From the NCBI GenBank assembly GCA_951406725.2, contig OX597816.1, positions 150,970,001-151,034,000 of the forward strand: DNA of 64,000 bases, given 5' to 3'. The translations under genes were made by a program, and so were the position numbers. The stretch comes from Octopus vulgaris (taxonomy: Eukaryota). Positions within the stretch are counted from its first letter, which is position 1. Every line of letters begins with the position of its first letter. The notes below the pieces were generated by a model. The model was not told where the DNA came from. It saw only the letters and a program-made list of their open reading frames with translations, and did not search any database. Shown one piece after another: positions 37,741 through 52,872 of this stretch.

Positions 37741-40700
37741 AGAATTGTCTTTCTTGCCAATGAAACCTTCATGACCTCCAAAGAGATGATAGCTAAAAGA
37801 AAACTAATACTCTTAAATGTATTTTATGTAATATCAATGTGAACAGCAGATATGATGTTGAACAACAGTTCTGTTTTAGGTGTCACTTCTGGGCTGGAAC
37901 AAGATGATTTTCCTACACCAAAATTAGTTTAGATTTTGAAGATATTCTGATCATGCTTAAGAGATATCCCCACTTTTGTTCTTGCTTTTTGGAGATTCTA
38001 GTTACACATATATTTATTTATAAATATTTTCAAGTCATTTTTAGATCATCAATATTTTTCACATAGGTGATGAGCTGGTGGAATCATTAGCACACTGGGG
38101 AAAATACTTAGCAGCATTTTGTCTGTCTTTATGTTCAGAGTTCAAATACTGCCAAGATTAACTTTACCTTTCATCCTTTTGGGTTAGATAAAATAAATGC
38201 CAGTTGAAAACTGAGGTCCATGTAATTAACTTACCACTCTCCTGAACTTTCTGGACTTGTGCCAAATCGGAAACCAATATTTTATACAAATGATAATGTC
38301 ACATTGCTTTTCTGTGTCTGCTTGCTTGTGTATTTCATTATCTCATGTAAAGCTTTTTTGTATTATTTTCCCTTGTGACATACAAGATATTGGCCATGAG
38401 AGCACCAGACAAAACCTTGCATTATTCAGCTACATTCTGAGTTCGAATCCTGCTGGGATTAGTTTTGTCTTTCATTCCTTCAGAATTCAATATAAGTATC
38501 AGTTATATACTGAGTGTCAGTTAAATGGTTTATATCCATTCACAACAAACTTTGTAACATTGTTAGGAATTGTTGTTGTTGTTGTTGTTGTCATTGTCTT
38601 TTTATTACTGCTGTTACTGCTGCTATTCTTGTTGTTATCGTTGAATAAATAAAAATAATTAGCTTTCATAAATGCTTGCATGTGGAGATGATGTTGGATT
38701 ATAAAAGAAAAACACACACACATACACAAACACACACACAAACACCCACACACATACACATACAAACATATACACACACACACACATACATACACTCATA
38801 CACAAATACATGAATACAAACAAACGCATACATATATGTGCACATATGCACATAAATTTAAAAGTACCAACATCTACACTCACAGACTCATACATTCTCA
38901 CAAGCATCCTTGTACACACAAACACACGCACACACACTCATACAGACATAAACATATACATGTACATATATACATATGCACACATGTATGTCTTCCTTTG
39001 ATAAAATCTGAAAAGGTCTTGTTTATGAATGTATACGATATGGGCAGCAAGAGAAACAGAATGCCTCTTGTTAGGTAGTTAGTTGCCATAGAAATTTGAC
39101 ATTAGCAACTCCAGTGACAGAAAGATGGTGATGGAAGGAGGCTTTGTGCTTTATTACAAAACACTGGTGATTTCTTCTTAACAATAAAATGCTTAACAAT
39201 CAGTAATATTAAAATAATTCTTTTGGCAACCATGGAGCAAGCAGATAACTTCTGAGGAAACTGAGATGTTTGTGTGCTGGTTTCAATTCCCAGTGATAGC
39301 AATTTGTTTCACTTCATTGATGTCTGTAAGTACTGCATGAACATCATATTGTATCTCTTTTATCTATTTTCTTCCTCTTTCCTAAAAGATGTTAGGTTCG
39401 TGTCTTAGGGAAGACATGATAAGCTATTTCAGTCTAGTCTGTTGGAGGTGGTACCAGATAAAAAGTACTCAGTACACTCTTTAAAGTAACTGGCATTAGG
39501 AAGGGCATCCAGCCATAGAAACCATGCCAGGACAGACAATGGAGCCTGGTGCAGCCCCTGGCCTAGCCAGTTCCTGTGAAACTGTCCATCCTATGCCAGC
39601 ATGGAAAATAGACGTTAAATGGTGGTGGTGGTGGTGGTGGTGGTAGTGGTGGCGGCGGCGGTGGTGGTAACAGTGGCGGTGGTGACAGTGGTGGTGGTAT
39701 TGGTGATGATATGAACTGTCATCACAGAGATAAATACACTAAGGCAAGAGTTACAGGAAACTATGAAAGGAAACCTCACAAACGTAATACTTAGAACCAA
39801 TTGCTACACTTTTTCATATTTGGCAATACTACAATACAGGACTTACTCCACTATCTTTATGAGAGTGTCTTTCTGAGCTATACTTATGGCTATAATTAAG
39901 CTCAGGACTTCACTTTTGCCACTGTCCTACAAAGGGAAATACAAACATCAAAATATCTCATTCTACTCCTCTCCATTGTCAATCTGAAAATGATTAACAT
40001 CTATTTAAAAAGTCAATATATTTTATTAGCCATAGACAAGAATTAGAAACCCAAGTATATAAAAACTACCCAGTGGGTAAATTACTAGTTCGATTCCTGG
40101 TCATAGAAATCTTTTGTTTCGTACCACTTAAGTTTAGTGGAAAGATATGGTTATCCCATTTTTCTATTGTCTAAAAATTCAAAGGTCTTGCAACTGATTA
40201 AAGCAAAAAAAAAAAATCTTTTGATAAATTGCTTTCATTATTTTGATTCTGAAATATAGTTATTTCTTTTCATTGGAATGATGAAAATCCTTGAGAAAGT
40301 GTCAGCTTCACAATGTTCCATCCTCTTCATATACAAGACTGTGGCTTTATGCCTTTTAAGAAATCAATATACTTAGACAAGAGAAACTAGAGACAAGTAA
40401 ATTATGTACCTGTAATCAATAATTTCTAGACAATTAATGGCATCTTACATAGTTTTTTGTGTTTAACCCTAAATTTCCATTAGATCAATCTCTGTTTTTG
40501 AGATATCATTGGGATTTAACTCAATTTTCAATAAACCTTGCTTATAGTCAAAATACATCTTTAATGTTGTTCTTCAGGCAAACAAATGTTATAAAGCAAA
40601 GAGACAAGCTTCTGGCAATCTGAACTAGTGATTCAGTTTCAATTCCTATGTGAAATCAATTCAATTTGCTTTTTCCACTAATTGTATCATCAGAGAAAAA

Positions 40701-41094
40701 CATGAATATTACACAATGTTATGCTATTTCACTATAAATTATGACTCTGCACTTGAGTAAGAAATCAATATCAAATTATGATACTTAAGTAATGTAATTC
40801 TTTAATAAAAATAAACTGCCCTACAGTATTCAATTTCACATCTTTCCACAATTTCCACACTCAGCAAATGATTTATTCTGAAAGCAGCATAGAGCAAATG
40901 AATAAATTAACTTTATATTAAGATATATATTTAGTCTTGCTTTGAACTAATTTTACAGAGCTCATCAAGAGAACATGAGGGTCTGACAAATAAGGGATCA
41001 TATTATAAACATAATTGGGTCTCATTTAGCTTCTGTCAGAACCTTGTATAACTCTAGGCAGATTTTATATATCTGAATTTAATCGTCTGAGGGT

Positions 41095-41625
41095 GTATGT
41101 GTACACACACACACATATACATACATACCCATATACATACATACGTACATACATACGTTAGTGTGTACATGCATACATACGTATATACGTATGCATGTAA
41201 GTACTTATGTATGCATGCATACATGTGTGTGTGTATGTATGTATAAATAGACAGACAGACAGGCAAATATACAAATAGATGTAGATACATACATACATAC
41301 ATTCATACATACATACATATGAAGATACATAGATACATACATACATACATGCATACATACATTCGTACATACATACATACGTATGTATGTATGTATGTAC
41401 TTATGTATGCAAGCATGCATACATGTGTGTGTGAGAAAGAGTATGTGTATGTATGTATAAATAGACAGACAGACAGGCAAATATACAGATAGATGTAGAT
41501 ATATACATACATGCATACATACATACGGACATACATACATACATACATATGTACATACGTACATACGTACATTCGTACATACGTACATACATACATACAT
41601 ATATAAATGCATACACACAGACATG
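41095..41625. repeat. Compound (CATA)n/(TATG)n microsatellite with internal duplication
   Basis: Segment gtataaatagacagacagacaggcaaatatac occurs at ~41240 and ~41455. Confidence 0.9.
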
Positions 41626-42579
41626 CACAAGGGTGTATTATTCATAATATATATTCTTATACTTAATTAACTCATTTGAATTATCAGCCATTACATAATT
41701 CTTTTTCTACACTTATTGTCCAATTAACGTCACCAGATGAATAATCATCAATTTTTACATGGACATGTAGACAATCTAATTAACAATTTTTTATTGTTTC
41801 TGAATACATAGAAGCTAAATAAGATATAACTAAGTTAAGATCTCAGTCCTTTCATTGTCAGGCCAACATGTTCTCTCAGGAAATTACAATGTAAAATTTG
41901 TTTAAGAGTAAGCTGAAATTTATATTCATATATAGAAAGATTTGCAAAAATGCTGGAATAAGAAACAAACACTGAATAGGAGCAGCAGTAGTGGCAGCAG
42001 TAGCAGTAGCAAAACACCATCAACCACTAACCACCCCAATCTTGTTATTTATGTATTCTTTCATTTATTTATCTATGTATTTAGGGTGTCAACAGTAAAC
42101 TATAAGCATTGTAAGTTCTGAAGCAGATATCATGTTTAGACTTAAGGAAACACTTCACCTCAGGTTATAAATTATCTCCACTTAATATTTTGACTTCTTC
42201 CACAGCTTACATATTTACAGACAAAAAACATAAGCACATACACATGAGCATGCAGGAACATGCATGCAAACATGCACGTGTGTACACACACACACACACA
42301 CACACAAGCACACACATACAGACAGCACATACACACACAAAGAGAAACAAACAGTTCTTCCACAAAATATGAACACAAAAAAATCATACTTAAAATATAG
42401 CATACTTACAATGCATATACATAGATGTATGTATGTATATGTATGTATATAACTATATATATATGTGTGTGTGTGTGAAGAAGTGCCACTCCCAAACAGT
42501 TGAAGGAATCCAGGGTGAGGTAGACTCAGGAAGACATAGGATGAGGTGGTCAAGCATGACCATCAAACAGTGGGCCTCA

Positions 42580-43650
42580 CAAAGACAAAAGACAGAGTGG
42601 GGAACTCTGTCAAAAGTTTTTTCCAGGTCAACAAAGGCTAAGTACAATGGCTTACTTTTGGCCAAGTACTTTTCCTGCAGCTGTCTCACTAAGAATAGGG
42701 CATGTGTGGTACTCTTTCCAGGTACAAAACCAAACTGCATTTCATCTAGTTTAATTCTATTTCTAATCAATTGAGTTATAACCCTCTCATTTACTTTCAT
42801 GACTTGGTCTAGCAATTTAATACCTCTGTACTTGTTTCTATCTAAGGCATCACCATTACCCTTGTAGCAGCTAACTATTATACTACAACAGCAGTCATTG
42901 GGGATGGTGCCTTCCTGAATAACCTGATTGACTATATGGGTGACTAAACTATATCCTACACCACCAGAAATTTTAATCATCTTGGCAGTGATTCCTGATG
43001 GCCCAGGGTCTTTCCCTGTCTTCACATCCTTAATTGCCTTATCTATTGTGCTGCTATTGTCTCCAATGGCTGGTCCCTCAATTGGTTTCATATTTGGTAG
43101 ATTCTCTTTCTTCTATTCATTTTCCACACTTAGTAACCTTTCATAGTGACACTTCCATGCATCTTTCTTCTCTGAATCACTAAATGCAAGCATACCATTA
43201 TCCATTCGCACACATTTCTCACCTACCACATCTCTATTTTCTCTGATACACTGCTTCGCAATCCTGAACACCTCATGCCTCTGATCCTCACACTGTAAAA
43301 CATTTGCAAATCTCTTACCTTCATCTACTCCTTTTGCTATGTATACCTGACACCTAGCTGCCCTTTTGGCTACCTAATATAATTCTCTGTTTCCACCGTT
43401 TTTCCAGACTGATCTTTTTGCTTTTATAGCACTGTCAACCTCCTTGTTCCACCACCATGACACCCTTGGTCTAACTGGGACTCTGCACCAACCACAGATA
43501 TTGTCCATAGCCCTCAGTAGATTGTCCTGTAGAAATTTCCAATTGTCCTCTAAGTTATATGTCTCCAACTCTTCCTCACTTTTGTTAGAAGCTTTCATTA
43601 GTAAATCTCTAAATTTTCGTCTGTTTATTGGGTGTTTGAGCTTCCATAGT
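42580..43650 (-). mobile_element. RTE-clade LINE fragment (RT N-terminal half)
   Basis: GKDPGPSGI, YRGIKLLDQVMK, QFGFVPGKSTTHA and AFVDLEKTFDRVP motifs; upstream SWWWNKEV. Confidence 0.92.
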
Positions 43651-46559
43651 CTATATATATGCATTGATGTAGTTCTTAGGTCCATTGGATCCTGTCAAAC
43701 TATTCATCTCATACCTACATGGAACATGGACATTAAATGATGATGATGAAAAGTTCCTTTATACACCCAGTATAAAGAAAATATTAGTGGGTAAGCCAAC
43801 ACTGGTATAAATACACTGTGAAAATTATCTAAGGCATTACAGCTAAGTTCTGGTTTGTATTTGATTTAAATAGTGATTGCTATAAGTTCTCATTTTCTCT
43901 TGCGTTTCTTCACTGTGTAGCCATGTCATCTGAGCCTGAATGATTGCTAGATTGAGCTTGGTATACTATATGAGCCATCCAGTGACTGTACTGTCTATGC
44001 TAAAAACTTGAAGTAGTTTATATGTAACCCCTGTATTCATCAAATGATACTTATTCCTTGCTAGGTTAAGTACTTTTTTGCTGATCCTACAAACAAGTGA
44101 GCATTATACTGGCACTTCCCAAATTGCATCTCCACTATTGTCTGTCATTCCCTACATTCACCTCTGTCCCAATTTCTGACCAACTGCTACTCTCCCTTCA
44201 CATTACCTTGAATTTTGAGATGCTGTGGCTTCTAAAGGCTGACATGTCTATTCTCTTACCAGGTACACCCATCCATGCCTTAAGGATGCGAGGTAGCCAT
44301 GTATCTGCTCTATAATAAGATACTTGGGCTGTCCTCAGTCATATTTCTTTGCCCCTCAACACCTGGCATACAACCAACTCCTCACCTCTGACATTCCTCC
44401 ATCCCTCCCTCCCACTAAGTGAAGGGGACTTTTTCTTTGTGCTATTTTTTTTCCCTTTCCTTCTACTGTACTTTCTTGTTTTGCAAGTTACTTGTTGAGT
44501 TCATTAGTGCCGATGGCGTAAGAAAAATCATTCAGTACATACTGTAAAGTGGCTGGCATTAGGAAGGGCATCCATTTGTAGAAACCACACTAAAGCTGCT
44601 GAGCTTTCACAGTCCTGCAGCTCACTAGATCCTGTCAAATTATCCAACCCATACCAGTATGGAAAATGGAAGTTAAATGATGATAATGATGGCGATGATG
44701 ATGATGATGTTATACATAAAGAATTTAGTTTCTATACTGACTTCTATTTTTTATCAACACATGTGTACAAACAAACTGATGTAATTTCTAACCAGACCCA
44801 TCACATGAAACTGTGTATGTGTTCTCCATATGTTTATTGTTAAAAGTTTGAATAGAACATGACTGTCTGACAGAGAACTACAGAGAAAGTACATTTTATA
44901 TACAGTAGTGTGATTGTGGACTGGTTCTTTAGTTATGTGAGCATGGAGAGAGAAAGAGAGAGATAGAGCAGAGAGAGAAAGAAAGAGAGAGAGAGAGCAA
45001 AGAGAGAGAGAGAGAGAGAGAGAGAGTGTGTGTGTGTGTGTGTGTCATCTGCCAAAGAGTAGCCCTTAAGCAAGAAACAATACAGGTAGTTAAATTTGCA
45101 GACTCTTCATATTTGACATATCAGGCTGTCAAACATAGCTGATTGCTGGATTGCTGCAGCTAACATGATATGATGCTTGATTGCATTCACTCCTTTCACA
45201 AGTCTGCTCTGTTCTGCGATCTTGTCTATTTTCTTCCAGCTTATATTAAGCTTGACTGATTTACCATCAATAACTTTGATTCATCAGCTTTTTGCTAACA
45301 TCAATCAGTAAGTTTGATGTATAGTTGTTGAGAACCATTAGTTAATTTTTTTTAATGATATCATCAGCTGATTAGAAAAATTGAGTTGTTGTTTGTCAAA
45401 AATTTCTTGATATGAAATAATAAGTTGAGTTCAAACTTTAACACAGATCTATACTCAGAATGCTTACAATGTTGAAAACAGCTGGGATAGTGCATTTTCG
45501 GCTGATGTAGGGATGGTATATAGGCAAAAGAAATGCTCGTATTTGATAGGTTAATGTGGAAAAACAGTCCTGTCCATCAATAGTCTCTTTATCTACCCTG
45601 CTCCATATAACCACCATCATTTCATTTTTCTTTTGTATGAGTAAACAAGGACTCTGAACATGCATATATTTGTACAGTTTTGTAAATATAAGAGCAAATA
45701 GATGTCCACATTCAAATAAAGGTGTGTGGAATAGCCTATGTATGATACACACACACTTACACACTTTGTAATGGCTACTCCAGTTTGTATACCATGCACA
45801 CATATACGTATGTGTCTGTAGGTGGGGGGGGGGGGGGTATACAGGATGTTCAGGATAAATTTGACAATTTTATGTCTCCTTTTTTTGCAAGAACAACTTG
45901 ATACATTGGTGAAAAGTCAATAGCATTGGAGAGTATAAAGATTGAAGTTGTAGCTGAAAAAAAGTTAGCTGATATGGAGAACTGGAAGCCATCTGAATAT
46001 TGAATGATTCATGCTGGGTATCTAAATGCCAACATCATGACTCTGCAAAGGCTGTAAAATGTGAAATAGACAGATGCAACAGAGACTACAAAGTTCATAC
46101 TACACATGGCAGAGCAGGATGTTCTTTTGGGTTAGTGAAAAACTAACACCTTAGCTGCAACAGACTTTCCATAAGAGTAACCAGATTTGGTGGTGCTGGA
46201 TTAAAATTTCGTGGTGCTAGAGTAGATTATCAGAGTGGATGGTGCTGTAGTCTATTTGGGTGGTGTGGTAGAGATTAGGCACTGTGCCTTTGAGGATAGA
46301 GCAATCAGGTCTAAGGTGGTATATATCAACTGTTGGCTACCAGTGGCTTAAAGTTCATTAACAAGGAGTACTCCTGGTGGCAACAATAAGATAGTTTATT
46401 CTTCCTGTTGATGGACATTGCAGGTTGGTGGAGTATGTGTAATCCCTTGCAGAGGCAGAGATGGCAATTACAAGTTACAGTTGATTATGGAGGGGCTCTG
46501 TCAATGATACTCTATTTGACGTTGGGACCCCTGCACTTGAAGGAGTGCTTATGTCATGT

Positions 46560-47425
46560 ACACCTTCCCTTGTACATACTTACATATATATGTATATATA
46601 CATGCATATATGGGTACAGGATGTTAAAAAATGCAAACAACATGAAAAAGGAGAACATGAAATGCAAAACATGGAAAACAAACTTATTTTGCAGACAACA
46701 CAAGAAACAAATAGAAAAACGAGACAGGCAACATAAAGAACAATCACTTCATCCGTTGTCCACTGTTTTATTTACTCCAGATTTTGACATTAGGACAAGA
46801 TGTGTCTTTGTCAAAACAGTCGCTCACACAAAGCAAATTAAATAAAATTTGGGATTTGCAGAGGGTCAAAGTTGGTAACAAAAACAGGACAGTTAAAATA
46901 AACAGTAAGTAAACTGTTAAGCCATAACGAGGTGAAGTGGTGAATGCTGGAGAAACAAGCTTTAACGGGAGACAGACAAAAATGCATGCTATCCCTTGTA
47001 GCTGAACGAGAAGAAAGAAAGAAATTTTAGTTAGAAGAAGAAAGATGGTCGCCGGTCACATGTGAGCAACAAGAGAGTCAAGGAGGAAGAGTAAGGGAGA
47101 GAGAGGGACAGATAGAGAACAGTGAAGGGGGAGTAGAAGAATTAGAGAAAGGGTAGGAGAGAAAAAAGAATATAGAAAGAGGAAGAGAAAGAGAAATAGG
47201 GATAGTGATAGAATAGTGTCGCATCAGAATTATTAAGATAAAACTTACTTGGAAATGGATGCATGGCATTCGATCATATAATAATATAAATAATATGCAT
47301 ATATATGCACATATACATACATACATGTATATACTTGCATATATATTTATATGCACATGCATATATGGGTACAGGACATAAAAAAATGTAAACAACATGA
47401 AAAACGAGAACATGAAATGCAAAAA
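46560..47425 (-). repeat. ~755-bp unit with terminal direct repeat; same family as 63100-64000
   Basis: catgcatatatgggtacagg...gagaacatgaaatgcaaaa occurs at 46601 and 47356. Confidence 0.7.
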
Positions 47426-47890
47426 CTAAATACCTATAACTCCAAAATTATATAACTAAATAGCCACCAATCCTTTAAGTCTACACAGATAATATTTCCA
47501 CTAGTCTTCCATAGTTATTAATATAAAAGTGAAATCTTGATATTTTATTCACTCAAAAACAAAATAAACTTGATTGAACTTAACTTAACTAATAATATAA
47601 CTAATTCTGAGTGAATTACACTATTTCATTATCCAAAAGTTAATAATTAAAACACTACATACATATTAAATATTTGTTATCCTTACATGCTTTAATGTTA
47701 AACTTATACCAGTAACTTAATGGATAATACTAAAATCTTTATAAATAGGAACTAATAAAAGAATACATGTAATTAACAATTATTATATATATATTATAAT
47801 TCTACCCTGGGGTAGTTTTCTACCAGGCCAACTCCTGTCAACTGTCCAACCCATGCCTGCATGGAAGGCAGACTTTAAATGATGATGATG

Positions 47891-47976
<86 letters not shown>

Positions 47977-48050
47977 TGTATATAACAGAATCAGCCAAAA
48001 ATATGTATACATACTTCAAGGAAAGAAAAATGTGTAGAAATATTTTGATG

Positions 48051-50039
48051 TAGGTTTTTGCAGTCATTTTCATACATTTGTCATTCAATTTGATAATCGG
48101 GTCATTCAAAGGTGTGAAAAAGTTAGCGCCATGAAGTTAGGCATTCAAATTCATTTTACAATCATTCAGTTTTGCACATCGGTCAAAGAATTTAGCATTT
48201 ACATCATTCAAAATAAAATGCCTATCGAGAGCATTCAAATAAGTCGGAATGTGAGGAAGCATCTTTTCGAGCATTCAAATTCGTTTTAGAGCAATCTATT
48301 TAACACTTCAAGCAATCAAATTAGCACGATAGCTATTTTGGATTTATCTCATGGTCATTGTTATCATAATCATGTGTTTTCATCCATTGTTTATGCTTTA
48401 AGTATTCTATCATGCCCATGTCTTTTCTATGTATTCTTTTATTTTTGCATAGGTACATGTATTTATTGTGAGACTTCATGAAATTGCATTCCAGCCTTTT
48501 CAATCTTTTTAAAGAAACTCACAATTACAAAAAAATGTTCATTTTCTTTGATTTTGAACACATCATGTTGTGATATGTGTTCTTCCTTTGCATAATATGT
48601 CTTGTTGGGAAAAGTATATATTTCTTTGATTTTTGCATTTTTTCTTTCATCAGGGAAAGGGTGCTATGTACACTAAGATAATTATTGATTTACAGTCTTG
48701 ATAAGAAGAGTTTGTTTGAGAAGATTTAGCCATCTATTTCCTGGCAGTTGAGGCACCGTGGGAGGTAGGTCTCTGTGTGTCTATACCAACGAACACAATT
48801 TTCTGGAGTGATAGCTTTGATATTACACCTTGCGACCTGTTGTATGACATGTGCTCATTCCTCCATGGTCATGTCAGCCAAGAACTCCTCGAAAGAGTTT
48901 TGTGTAGCAGTATCATTCACAATGGAGTGGTGAACCAGGCCAATTTCTCCCAACATTGTGAAAGTGCTATTGCAGTTTTCCCACACTGATAGTTGACAAC
49001 TCGGCGAACAGGAATGCCTCAAGGGTCTCATCCAAAAGGTCACCTGATCCAAATGTTGTACCCACATTTATCGATAAATATGTAATAGATGATGACTTCC
49101 TTTTCCATAAACCAATGCATGTACTTATAATGCTTTTCTAGAGTTCTTGGAGTATTTCTTGCATCTGGGACGTCTTTGGCCAGCTTCATAATTATCAACA
49201 TCCCATCTAGAGCCCACGAGATAGCAGACATGGAAACAGGTAGCTTTCCAGGCAATGCTGCCTCTAAGTCCCTCTTCATCTGTTGAAAGGTTGCAAGTAG
49301 GTTGGCACCAATAATCACCTGAAACCTGGCTCACATTTCCTCATCAACCTTAATGAGGTGGGTAGCTCCTCTGGACAACATGTGGTACCTCCCAGACTGT
49401 AGGTAGGTCACTACTATGGATCAGGCAGTACTCCTTTTAATGCCAAGTGTGTCTACCAGTTGCAGGTAATCTCAAAGGCGTCAACCAGCCTTGCCCTATC
49501 TTCATCCAATATACGCATGTATCTTATGTGTGGCTCCATGATTACAAACTGGTATAAGAGAAAGGAATATAATATGTAACTGATGCCAACCAGTTACAAG
49601 TGTTGCAATGAAAAAGACTTTCATGTACAGAAGAATCAATTTATTTCTTCTTTGTAGTTATAACAGCATAATAAAATTTGCATGACAAAACATGTCACTT
49701 AAATTTGTCATTTTTAACACTCACTTCTTAGAATGTGAGTAAAAACAGACATGTAAAATTAGTGCTAAATTGAATAAACTTATTCCAAATTTGAATGCTC
49801 ACATGCAAATTTGAATGCTCGAAAAGATACTTCTTCACATTCCAACTAATCTGAATGCTCTTGACAGGCACTTTAATTTGAATGATGTAAATGCCAAATT
49901 CTTTGACCGAAGTGCAAAATTGAATGATTGAAAGACAAATTTGAATGACTAACTTCATGGCACTAATGTTTTTTGTGACTTTAAATGACTCAGTTATCAA
50001 ATTGAATGACAAATGTACAAATATGACTGCAAAAGCTTA
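48051..50039 (-). mobile_element. IS630/Tc1-superfamily DNA transposon with ~230-bp TIRs and decayed, internally deleted transposase
   Basis: 48051-48285 is the reverse complement of ~49805-50039; TA ends; fragments FIDKCGYNIW, GLVHH...FEEFL and ITPENCVRWYRH..YLPRCL. Confidence 0.85.
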
Positions 50040-50070
50040 TACTAAATTTATTCAGATATCACAGAATTGA

Positions 50071-50825
<755 letters not shown>

Positions 50826-50901
50826 TATATAAATATATATACATACATACATATACATACATATGTATATACATGTATATTTATGTATATATGTATATGT
50901 G

Positions 50902-50953
<52 letters not shown>

Positions 50954-51473
50954 TGTATGTATGTATGTATGTATGTATGTATGTATGTATGTATGTATGT
51001 ATTTATTTATATATTATATATGTGTATACGTATAAATATATGTATGTGTGTGTATACAAAAAACAAGCAAACACACACACACATGCACACACAAATATGC
51101 ATAAATGTATGTATGTGCATATGTATGTGGTAACTAGGATTAAAAAGCGACACCTAAAGATTCAGTGCAGTCAGTTTGTCTGGGTGGCTGTATACAACAG
51201 GTGGAAGGAAAGAATAGGCGACAGTTGAAAGTTTTAGACAACACTTGACAGTTACATAGCCCATGATATCAACTGCCTTTCATTGTACATGATGTCAGGA
51301 GCCATTCATACTTAATCAATCTTTATCTCTGGTTCTGGTTCATTTCTACCCACTGCTGAGTACATACGTTTGTAGCCTTAGTTACAGTCAGTATACATTC
51401 TTTACATTCTAAACTTTTCCCATGTAAGACTGCTTTGCACACTTTGACATTTTTATACAAACTGTGAGTGTGC

Positions 51474-51515
<42 letters not shown>

Positions 51516-51544
51516 ATATACGCATATATACATATGTATATGTC

Positions 51545-52811
51545 ATTATCATCATCATCAGTTAAAATCTGCTTTTAATGCTGGCATAGGTAGGATGGTT
51601 TGACATGGTACCAGTAAGCTGCAGAGATGCATCAAGCTCTGATGTCATCTTTGGAATGGTTTCTATGGCTGAATGCCCTTCCTAATGCCAACCATTTAAC
51701 TCAGTGTACTGGGTGCCTTTTTCATGCCACCAGCACTATTGTCATGTAACTTGCAAACAAAAAATACCACAGAAAAATGAAGCAGTAAAAGCCTCTACAA
51801 CTAAGAGGAAGTATTTAAGAAGAGAAAGTGTAGGTGGGTGGATATATGGGTGGGTGGTGCTGAAAGTTTAAAGTATGATAGAGGGACAAGCACAGGTGTC
51901 TTGCTATAGAGGAGATATATGGCTGAAGGAGATAAAAGGTAGGTAGTGGTGGGATGCTAGAGCAAACTCTTAAGGATCAAGAAGGTGAGCATTAGAGAGG
52001 GCGAGGACAGTGAACCATGGGAGGAGATGAGAGAGTGGATGCTTTTATAAGAGTGTATGTGTGGGGGAGCGGAGTGGCAAATAGATGGAGGTAAAGGTTA
52101 ATGTAATGAGTGATGAACAAAGGTGCAGATGATGGGAAATACCAGTATGGAGAGGGGTTAGGTGGGAGATATAAGGGTGACTCAAGAAGGAGAATAGAAC
52201 AAGAAGTTGTAGAATGATGTGCAAATAGGAGCTGTGGAGGGGGAGATATAGAGATACATATAGTAGGTTAGTTATGATGTTAGATGTGCGAGGGCATCAA
52301 GAATGATAGCAGATAAAAGAGATGTTTAGAACAGAGGGGAGATAGAGTAGTGGCTGAAGTCACAGAAAGGTAACCTGTTGAAATAATGTGGACAAGGATG
52401 ATGAAGCATTGAAGGAGTTCCACAGAGAGAAGAGGCACTGTTTGGGAGGGGATTGAATAAAGTATGTGCTGATACTGCTCTCTGGTGAGTACAGTAGCCA
52501 TGTAGTACCACAGTTGGGTGGTGGGGATGAAATAATTTGGAGAGGAATGCTTGACATATCAGGGAGAGGGGAAAGAGAAAAGGGGGACAGGGCCTCACAT
52601 ATACAAGAATAACCGAGTGGGGTTTTGCTGTAATTGGTGGCTCTTCTTGAGCACAGCAAAATGCCAAACATCTCAGTCCTTTGTCATCACCTTGTAAAGC
52701 TCTGCATCTTGAGATCAGCCTTCAGTACTTCATCCCATGTCTTCCTGCATCATCCTCTTCCATCACTTCCATCCACTTTAAACAATTGGCACTTTTTTAT
52801 GCAACTGTCCT

Positions 52812-52815
<4 letters not shown>
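51545..52815 (-). mobile_element. RTE LINE 3' end (ORF C-terminus, long 3'UTR and GAT tail)
   Basis: Minus-strand DEDSCIKKC...GRG..RKTWDEVLKADLK, followed by ~1 kb pyrimidine-rich UTR and the abundant tail motif; related to 6680-7990, 44090-44710 and 58030-59170. Confidence 0.75.
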
Positions 52816-52851
<36 letters not shown>

Positions 52852-52872
52852 GTGTGTATGTGTCTGTGTATA

